This document shows positions 26,914 through 36,178 of a stretch of 36,178 nt of DNA, piece by piece. Positions within the stretch are counted from its first letter, which is position 1. Each line of letters starts with the position of its first letter. Below the pieces are notes generated by a model. It made no database searches and had not been told where the DNA came from. It saw only the letters and a program-made list of their open reading frames with translations. The DNA is from Collodictyon triciliatum (Eukaryota): NCBI GenBank assembly GCA_043381765.1, contig JBHJMP010000162.1, positions 1 through 36,178 of the forward strand. The letters are read 5' to 3'. Position numbers and translations under genes: made by a program.

Positions 26914-29900
26914 CGTCATCTTATGTATCTTAAGTTGCAATCCCACGATATTTATATATCTTACCACAAATCTGATTGATGCCATTTACAATTCTTGTTG
27001 CCAAAGAAACTATGACTAAATCCACATTCCCTGGACAGTTATGACGAGGAAGATGCCGAGGCCGATAAAATATTTGAGAAAATTGATATCAAAATGTCGT
27101 CTCGTCGTAAAGAGCGCCGTGAAACTTTGTTGAAACAGAAACTCATGGAGATGCGTGCCGAACGCCCAAAGATTCAGCAGCAGTTTGCTGATTTGAAAGT
27201 GCTCAATACTCTCCCCTTTCTTTTTTTTTTTTTTTTTACAATATTTTCACTCTCAATTCAAAATATAATAAATATATATAAAAGCCACTTTGCCTCACAT
27301 TCTTCATTCAATCTTTTTTTTTTTTTTGTCTGCATCTTGTGTCGCTGACAAAGAAGGATATAAAATGAATCAGTCTGTTAACAAGTAACGTCAATATCTT
27401 GTGTCCACAGGAGGAACTTTCATCGGTCTCAGAGGAGGAATGGAAAAAGATTCCTGACATTGCAGACTATACAATCAAGAGACAAAAGCGTCCGGAACGC
27501 TACACGCCTGCCCCGGATTCTCTGCTGGTGACCACTCGAAACCAATCCTCGTACAATGCATCGGTCGATCCGCGCCAAATGCGCACGGGACTGGAAACGC
27601 CTCTGACTCCCGTGACAGATATCAATCAGGTCGGCAAGGCGCAACAGGCCATTCTGGCGGCACAGATGGACAGGGTTTGTCTTTATCACTCGATTCACTA
27701 CACCTGAAATACTAAGGAAACATCTCTTTGATTCCTGACTCGGAATGTCTTTTTTTTTCTCTTGATTTTTCTTCATGAATGAAAGTCATGCAACATTGGG
27801 GTTATCAAATAAACATTAGTTTTGGAGAACTATTAAAATATGCAGAAAGGAAGGGATGAATAAAAGGAAGGATAAACAATGTTTCCTTTTTCTATGTTGG
27901 ATTAAAGAGAATAGTTTTCAAATTTCACATCAGTTTCCGACTAATATTTCTTCTTGGACTCCGTACTCCTTCGTCAGACGTCCGATTCTGTTTCTGGACA
28001 AACTAACGTTGACCCCAAAGGCTATCTGACAAATCTTACAAACAGGAGAATCAATCAGGATGTTGAAATAGGGTTTATTTTCTTTTCTTCTACTCTATAC
28101 AATCTATTTCTTTGCATAAACATCTTGCAGATACCGCGTTGATTTGTTTCCACCCATAATTGTATCCCCACAAAAACTTTACCCTTACTTCAACATCATT
28201 TTCGGCAATCACCTCCATCATCCATACAGAGACCTCAAGAAAGCTCGACTTTTGCTCAAGTCGGTAAGAACAACTAATCCAGGCCACGCAGCAGGTTATC
28301 ATCATTCTTGAAAACAATTTTTTTTACTATGAATCAGAACTAAGTGTAATTTGGATTTTTTTAATTCAAAAAAAAAAAAAGGAGAGGGAACTTTTTTTTT
28401 AATTTATGAAATTACAGTTATTTTCACCCTTTTCACCTTATCTTACTATCTAAAATATAGCCTGGATTGCGTCAGCAAAGCTGGAGGAAATCGGTGGCAA
28501 AATTAGTGCTGCTCGTAGCCTCATCAACCAGGCATGTGAAATGTGTCCCACAAGTGATGAAGTCTGGCTTCAAGCCATTCGCCTTCAGGTTTTTGCTTCT
28601 TGTGATTTCACTTTTGTAATGTACGTTATACCCAATATTCTCGAATTGTCATGTAACGAGCAGCGCGCAAAGATTGACGTTTATTCCCTCTTTGAAATAT
28701 TGCGGGATAATCATCGCCTTCACCTTATTTTACATTCAGCCACAAAACCAAGCAAAGTCGATTGCTGCACGTGCAGTTACATTTATTCGTGGTTCTGTGA
28801 AAATATGGCTAAAAGCTGCTGAACTCGAAGACGACATCAAGAACAAGAAGAGGGTATTTCGAAAAGGTACTCTTTATCATCCGCTCTTCTTTCACCTATT
28901 CAATCAAAAGAAGTGTTCAAATTGACCAAATTCGTCACATTATTTTGCGCATAGTATCATTATATCTTTACTCATAACTCGTGCTCTCAAGTAGAAGTGA
29001 AATCAATAAAATATTTCCCCCACCCATTTCAACCAAACTAACTTTGATCTGTGACCATCAGCTCTAGAATACATCCCAAACTCTGTGGAATTATGGAAGG
29101 CTGCAATCGAACTGGAGGAGCCTGATGACGCGCGCATATTGCTCGGCCGTGCAGTCGAGTGTGTTCCAGAAGAAGTGGACCTGTGGTTGGCGTTGGCCCG
29201 CCTTGAGTCCTACGAGGAGGCCAAGCAGGTTTTGAATAAGGCGCGCCACTTCATCCCAACAAATCCGCTGATTTGGATCACGGCTGCCAGACTGGAAGAA
29301 GCAAATGGAAATGCTGTTTCAGTGGACAAGACCATACAAAAAGGCATTTTCATTTAGTTTTTTTTTTTAATAAAAAAAGTATCATTATTTTATATTTCAT
29401 AAGGATATCTTTATAGGAATTCTTGTTTAACTTGTCAAAACATTTATGCCATTCATGATTATAATTCTCAATACTTATTTTTATTATTTCTTTCATTTCC
29501 CCCCTCATCAATATTCCTTTGATATGCTTTCAAATTATGGTTAAATTGAGAATTAATATTGTAGCCATCAAATCGCTTCAGTCCAAAGATGTTGCTATTG
29601 ATCGTGAAAAATGGATCGACTATGCCAAAACAGCGGAGCGCTCTGGGTCTGTGCTTTGTTGTCAGGCCATCATTCGCAATGTGATTGGTTTGGGCGTGGA
29701 AAATATCGACCGTAAATCCACGTGGAGAGACGATGCGAAGAAGGTCTGCACACAAACAATTTCAAGATTATGTTATGTCATGAAGGCTTCATGCAATCTG
29801 CCTGCTGCATTTGCTCCTATCTATCTCACTCACATTTGTAATAGCTTCTTGAATCTGGTCACATCGAGACCGCCCGTGCTGTTTACGCACACGCCATATC

Positions 29901-32162
29901 CGTCTTGTCTACGAAAAAGAGTCTTTGGATTGAAGCTGCTCGCCTGGAAAAGCAGCATGGGACTTCAGAAGGGCTTGAGAATCTTCTAAAGAAGGCTGTA
30001 GTGAATTGCCCCCGCTCAAAGATTCTGTGGCTTATGTATGCCAAGGACAAGCTTACCCAGGTACATTTTTCATTTTTCATTTTTCATTTTTCATTTTTCA
30101 TTTTTCATTTTTCATTTTTCATTTTTCATTTTTCATTTTTCATTTTTCATTTTTCATTTTTCATTTCTCATTTTTCATTTTTCATTTTTCATTTCTCATT
30201 TCTCATTTTTCATTTTTCATTTTCAATGTCATTTTGATTATTTTGGTTCTTTTCAGAACCGTGTTTCTTTACTATTACTTGTTTGAAAACTCAACTACAT
30301 CAACCTAAATACATGAAATGGTATGGTTTGATGAAAACACTATTTCACCCAGGGCGACATCAACTCGTCACGCGCCATCCTGGACGAGGGACTCCGAGCA
30401 AACCCGAAGGAGGAAGACATTTGGCTTGCTGCCGTGAAGCTCGAGAGCGAAAACAACGAGCCGGAGAGAGCCTTCCGCATCCTGGAAAAGGCCCGCGAGT
30501 TGGCCGGAACGCCGCGCATTTGGATGCGTTCTGCGCTGCTGGCGCGTCAGTTGGGCGACTTCCAAAGCTGCAAAACTCTGCTCGTTTCAGCCGTGAAGCT
30601 CTACCCGACTTTCCACAAACTCTGGATTATGCGGGCGCAGATTGAGGATTTGGTTGGGAATCGAGACGAGGCGCGCGAGATTTATGCCACAGGCATCCGG
30701 AACTGTCCCCAAAACGTGCATCTCAGGTTGTGTGCGGCAGACCTGGAAAAGCTGGTTTCGCTTGCAAAGGCTCGAGCCATGTTGGAAACAGCCCGCTCCA
30801 GGATTGCTGATTCTCCCGAGTTGTGGCGCGCATCCATTCGGATTGAAGTAATATCTTTTCTAATCTAAGCTAGGAGGTTTTCTTTTTCGCCGTTTTTTTT
30901 GTCTTCGCTTTTTCTTGATTTTTCTACTTATTTTTGATTTTTGATATTTAATTTTTAATTTATTTGTTAATTTTTTTTGCCTTTGTTTTATCTTGATGTT
31001 TGCTCACATGCTTTTGGTCAGGTGGAGTCTGGAAACCAAAAAGCGGCTGAGGCGCTGCTGGCCAGAGCCCTCCAAGAGTTCCCTGCAAGTGGGCTGCTTC
31101 GCGCAGAAGCGATTATCATGGCTCCTCGGCCCCAAAAGAAGATGCGTTTGGTCGATGCTCTGAAAAAATGTGAAAACGACCGCCACGTCTGCTTGGAAGT
31201 TGCAAAGTATAGTTTTTTCTTCTTTTTCTTTTCTCTTTCTCTTTCTCTTTCTCTTTCTCTTTCTCTTTCTCTTTCTCTTTCTCTTTCTCTTTCTCTTTCT
31301 CTTTCTCTTTCTCTTTCTCTTTCTCNNNNNNNNNNNNNNNNNNNNNNNNNNNNNNNNNNNNNNNNNNNNNNNNNNNNNNNNNNNNNNNNNNNNNNNNNNN
31401 NNNNNNNNNNNNNNNNNNNNNNNNNTTTGCTTTTGCTTTTTCGATTTTTCGATTTTTCGATTTTTTGTTTTTTTTTGTTTTTGTTTTTGTTTTTGTTTTG
31501 CTTTTTCGATTTTTCGATTTTTGCCTGTGGCGTGTATATTTGTGAAACTCATTTCAATTGATGGTATGATTATTATTATTATTATTTTTTTTAAAAAAAA
31601 TTATAATTCCGAATCCTTTCGTATGATTTCCACCGCTTAACTGTGCATCCTCTGACGGAAACATACAAGAAAACAGGAAAAGAATGAAGCCCCTTTGTTT
31701 TGCGGCTCTAATCAAACTGCAACGAAATATAAAAACTATCGTAAATCCAGGCTTTTCTGGACCGACCGCAAAATCGACAAAGCCCGCTCCTGGTTTAATC
31801 GTGTGGTGACCATCGACCCGGACTACGGAGACGCGTGGGCAAACTTTTACAAATTCACGGTTCAGCACGGGACGGAGGTTTTTGTTTTGTTTTTTTTTGG
31901 ATTTATTGGTATTGTTTTTTATGGGATTTTTTTTTGTTTTTGTTTTTGTTATGTTTTGTTTTTGATGGTTCATTTTGGTGATTTATACTTTGCCATTCTT
32001 GTGTGTTTATGTGTGTAACAGGAAGAACAAAACGAAATCCTTCGTCGCTGCAAAGAAGCGGAGCCGAGTCACGGCGATGTTTGGCAGAGGGTGTCCAAGG
32101 CTGACGAGAACTGGTTGTGGAAGACGGAGCAGATTTTGCGGAAAGTGGCAACACTCGTCTAA
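26630..32162 (+). CDS. PRP6: Pre-mRNA splicing factor PRP6 (U5 snRNP HAT/TPR protein); start codon in the N gap 26255-26629
   Basis: Motifs [136 protein letters not shown] and [13 protein letters not shown]. Stop TAA 32160-32162. Confidence 0.96.
26879..26913 (+). repeat. (GTT)n in a PRP6 intron
   Basis: Read directly from the sequence. Confidence 0.9.
30064..30225 (+). repeat. (CATTTTT)n 7-mer repeat starting just after a PRP6 donor
   Basis: Read directly from the sequence. Confidence 0.95.
31225..31522 (+). repeat. (CTCTTT)n, gap 31326-31425, then (TTTTTCGA)/(TTTTTG) repeats in a PRP6 intron
   Basis: Read directly from the sequence. Confidence 0.9.
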
Positions 32163-32308
32163 AAACATGGAAGAGAAGAAAACAAATGCGAGAGAAAAAA
32201 AAGAGGGGAAAGATGATGATGATAGTGTTATGAGATGTGAAAAAAAAGGCACGAGTCTATTGCTTTTCTCTCAAAAACGAAACAATAACAACAACATAAA
32301 TCGGCGTT

Positions 32309-32964
32309 TTATTCATAGTTGCGATGAGATAGTGAAACAGGCGACGGCAAAGCGTATGTTCTGGGTTGGTGAAGAGACAAGAAAACAGCAACAGATATCA
32401 AAAGAATGGTGCTCGATTAAGAGAGTCAGGAACAACACCAAGCAAGAAGAAATCGAAAGCACCAAAGTATCGCGCCAGAATCCACGAACGCCAAACCTTT
32501 CCTTTTTTTTCTTTTTTTCTTTCTCTCTTTCTCTCTTTCTNNNNNNNNNNNNNNNNNNNNNNNNNNNNNNNNNNNNNNNNNNNNNNNNNNNNNNNNNNNN
32601 NNNNNNNNNNNNNNNNNNNNNNNNNNNNNNNNNNNNNNNNNNNNNNNNNNNNNNNNNNNNNNNNNNNNNNNNNNNNNNNNNNNNNNNNNNNNNNNNNNNN
32701 NNNNNNNNNNNNNNNNNNNNNNNNNNNNNNNNNNNNNNNNNNNNNNNNNNNNNNNNNNNNNNNNNNNNNNNNNNNNNNNNNNNNNNNNNNNNNNNNNNNN
32801 NNNNNNNNNNNNNNNNNNNNNNNNNNNNNNNNNNNNNNNNNNNNNNNNNNNNNNNNNNNNNNNNNNNNNNNNNNNNNNNNNNNNNNNNNNNNNNNNNNNN
32901 NNNNNNNNNNNNNNNNNNNNNNNNNNNNNNNNNNNNNNNNNNNNNNNNNNNNNNNNNNNNNNNN

Positions 32965-33003
<39 letters not shown>

Positions 33004-35993
33004 ACAGGGAATGATGTTGATGAGTTAATGCGAGGGAAAGATGATGGAAGTGATGGGATTGTGATTTCGTACGCGTCGGTTCGTCCACGTGAATCTGGTG
33101 TCGCAGAACTTGCAGGATGTTGTTGTGGAGTCCTGTTTCCAGACGGGTGCGTGTTCAATATCGTCCGCTGCAAAAGATGTCTCCGTGGATGAGTATATAA
33201 GAAGATATGTCGAGCAATACGAGGTTGCTATTATTATACTTGATGTCACATTATCTTCTGTTTCTGTTGATACCTTTTTTCGAAGACAGACTGCGTTTGA
33301 ATTCAGCAAGCGTTTCGTTGATGGCCTTCATCCACGCTTCTTTTTCCAGCTGCGATTCTGTCTTTACCACAAAGGACTTCTTCAGACTGCGAATGGTAAA
33401 TCCAAAGTAACCTTTATTTCAATTGGCGAAATGAGTGATGAGTCAATCCTTGGTTGTTCTTATTATACTTTTTGTCTTATAAAATGACTGTCATTGGCTT
33501 GTTATTTCTAGATTAAACTTTAAATTGCATAAAATTAACGCTTCCAAATCGACAGGTTGAATGAATATTCTAGTCTTATAATGGAGGGGCTTCTGGAAGG
33601 ATATGGAAGAGTGCATTTTACTTTCGCTGGTGTCGTCAGCAATCGAGAGGTCGTTCATATTGATCTGCTGAGACAGCTTCAAGCTTCCGTCCGGAACACG
33701 TTGGCCGTAGATGAGAAGATCGTTAAACAGGAAAAAGAGTCTTTTCTTGTCTTCCTTGCGGCAACTTTTGACAAGTGTGCCTTCCTTCACAAAGCGGCGG
33801 AAGGATTCCACCAACTGAAAACAAACAAATTTCATAATTTTTTTTTCTTCCCATTTCAATATTCACCGGAATTCAAATGACAAGAAAAAAAAAAAGAGAG
33901 TAAAAGGAAAAATAAAAAATGAAGAAAAAAAAGTTTAGTACATGCCTGAACTTCTCCATTAAATCGCTGCTGAATTTGCAAAATCCTGTTCCTATTATCT
34001 TGCTCATGAATCGCGTCGTTAATCTTTGCGGCCACGACTTTTACTTGCTCGAGTGCCTAATCATGTGGTTATCATTCGACGCAAAATACCAATGACGTTG
34101 AGGTACGAAAGAGATGATAAAATTAATTATAGATGTATAATAAGATACAGCACCTTGCAAAGTCCCTCATAATCAGGATGTTCTTGGTTTGTGTGCTTGA
34201 TAAAATCCTTTTTATTTCGAAAAATAAAGAGGCAAAAAAATGTAGATTTTGAATATGAAGGGTGGTTACAAGTATGATTTTTTTTTTTTGGAAACCCTAT
34301 TCTGAACAAAATAGTTACAAAAAATATTTAGCAAAAACAAAAATAAAAAATGAAGTAAATGGTTATAAGCATACACCAAGCAAGAGAGTATATCTTGGGA
34401 TTCGTTGCACTGGCATAATTAAAAATGAGCGAAGGTCAAGCCCATTCGCCCCATCCATAGTTTTCGCCGCCTGGTTACATGAAAAATAGAAAAGGAAATG
34501 AATGGATGTGTTCAAAGCAACAAATGACTATTGCAATTTTTTGAAAAAAAACAAGAGTTGAAAAATTGAGCTCTCGAATGAATTTTTTTCAAAGATAATG
34601 ATGCTTTTGATTGTTATCATTTTTGAGGGAGTCACACAACAGACAGTAACGTGTTGCAAGAAGCGAGTATTTGGTTTCTCCAGGTCTGTTATTCTTTTCA
34701 CAGCCTCATCGAAGCCAACGCAATATTGTGTGTACATTTTAAGAAAGGGAATCTATTTTTCAAAAACAGAATGTCATCAAAAATATTCCAAACATTTGTT
34801 GATGTTAACATTTTGTTTCATTGAATAAAAGTAGATACTTACAAGGGATTGAAGAGCATCTGAAAGAGTTGTTTGGTCGGACCAGGTTTTTATCTTCTCG
34901 TGTAGTTTCTTGAGCAGCTCTTCATTAACTTTAAGTATTTGGGTTATGCAAGAAAATATGACTTGAATGTCCTTTGGGCCCAGAAACTCCTCCATCGGTA
35001 CAATATATTCCTAAATGTTCCGTTGTTTCATCAATTTTTTTATTTTATATTGTTTGCAATTGATTGTGTAATGTAAAATCACAAAATTTCTTCGCTTTCA
35101 AGAAACAAATATTTAGGTTCTTGTTCAAAAAAAAGTATTGGGTATATGTCGCTCAAGCAAAACATAAAATCATCCAATAATAATATTGGTAGATGAATAA
35201 CTAAATATAATTGGTAAATCGATTATTCCTTAAAATCCCGCTACATACCCTCTGTAAAAAGGTGAGACTTTTGACATATGTCTGCTCGGTCGTAAAAAAT
35301 TCTCTCGCCACTTTGTCGCGATGCTGAGGGAAGTGTTCGATCGGTGGAACATAATCCAAAATCATGGGAACTGACCCTCTGTCTTCCCCGAGGATGGCCA
35401 GCGCTTTCTACATCATCGCCCAGAGAAATAAGTGCAAAATTGATATAACGAGAGTGAAAGCAAACGTTAAATATATATATATATATTACTGATGAGCGGG
35501 CTTTGTAGTACATTTCCCATTCAAACACATATGTTAAAATCATCATCATCAATATCATTGGACGTACTGATCCAGTTTTTTGCGACGGAGCTACAGAGAG
35601 GGAAATGGAGACGATTGAGTTGCTGCGCGAAACAGAGGAAGCGTCGTTGAATGGCTTCGGCGGGAGTGCCCTCGCTATCGCAACTCTCTGGCTGAAAACT
35701 TCGCTGGGCAGTTTTGGCGGAAGCGCAGGACGGAGGGTTTTGCTGATGGGACTGACCGCACCAGTTAGGCTCTGCTCGTACTCCTCGTGAATCACCGTCC
35801 TGCCTTGTATCTTGATGATTTGGTCGCGCAAATCACTGCACATGGGAACAAAGGATGCCCGAGGGATTGATGGATGTGGCGCGTTTCCGGCGGGTCGCTC
35901 AACATTCGAGCTTTGCCGGGTGAGAAGGCCGCGTGGTTTGCCGTCGCGTGGTGGGACAGGGGGCGGGAGTTTCGGGAGCATTTCACTATTCAT
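32309..35993 (-). CDS. FGD/frabin-like RhoGEF: Pro-rich N-terminus, DH, PH and FYVE domains; both ends uncertain
   Basis: Spliced product has a DH domain (RDKVAREFFTTEQTYVKSL, IFSCITQILKVNEELL, PFLKMYTQYC, LRSFLIMPVQRIPRYTLLLGDFIKHT..EHPDY), a PH domain (FVKEGTLVKSCRK...FFLFNDLLIY...EKEAWMKAI) and the start of a FYVE domain (APVWKQDSTTTSCKFCDTRFTWTNRR). The rest of the FYVE domain presumably lies in the gap 32541-32964. The 5' end may lie beyond the window. Confidence 0.88.
32965..32998 (+). repeat. (GA)n at the gap edge, intronic in the RhoGEF gene
   Basis: Read directly from the sequence. Confidence 0.9.
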
Positions 35994-36037
35994 TTGTGTA
36001 ATACAAGAATAGAATCATTAAAGGAGTTATGTACATC

Positions 36038-36178
36038 TGTATGTATGTATGTATGTATGTATGTATGTATGTATGTATGTATGTATGTATGTATGTATGT
36101 ATGTATGTATGTATGTATGTATGTATGTATGTATGTATGTATGTATGTATGTATGTATGTATTTCTGTATGTATGTAT
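36038..36178 (+). repeat. (TATG)n at the window end
   Basis: Read directly from the sequence. Confidence 0.95.

Overview
Gene-dense but very intron-rich eukaryotic genomic DNA, probably from a protist (lineage not determinable from this window). It uses the standard code and looks like a short-read scaffold with seven N gaps, most of them inside microsatellites. Manual splicing gives six genes: a Dopey/DOP1 homolog (+, 694-14582, about 57 exons), an SK/KCNN-like Ca2+/calmodulin-gated K+ channel (+, 14880-19565), COG2 (+, 19947-~24745), a GC-rich two-exon gene I cannot assign to a family (-, 25208-26238), PRP6 (+, 5' end in a gap, ends 32162) and an FGD-like DH-PH-FYVE RhoGEF (-, ~32309-35993, possibly continuing off the window). 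A possible 3' end of an upstream gene lies at 1-388. Most long ORFs in the supplied track are microsatellite, N-gap or antisense artefacts. The most notable points are the channel's non-canonical filter (ALGYGD with loss of the post-filter Pro), very relaxed splice signals (GC donors, many AAG acceptors, acceptors behind poly-A or (AAAAC)n), the unassigned gene head-to-head with PRP6, and stop-free in-frame introns. I found no convincing new multi-gene system.
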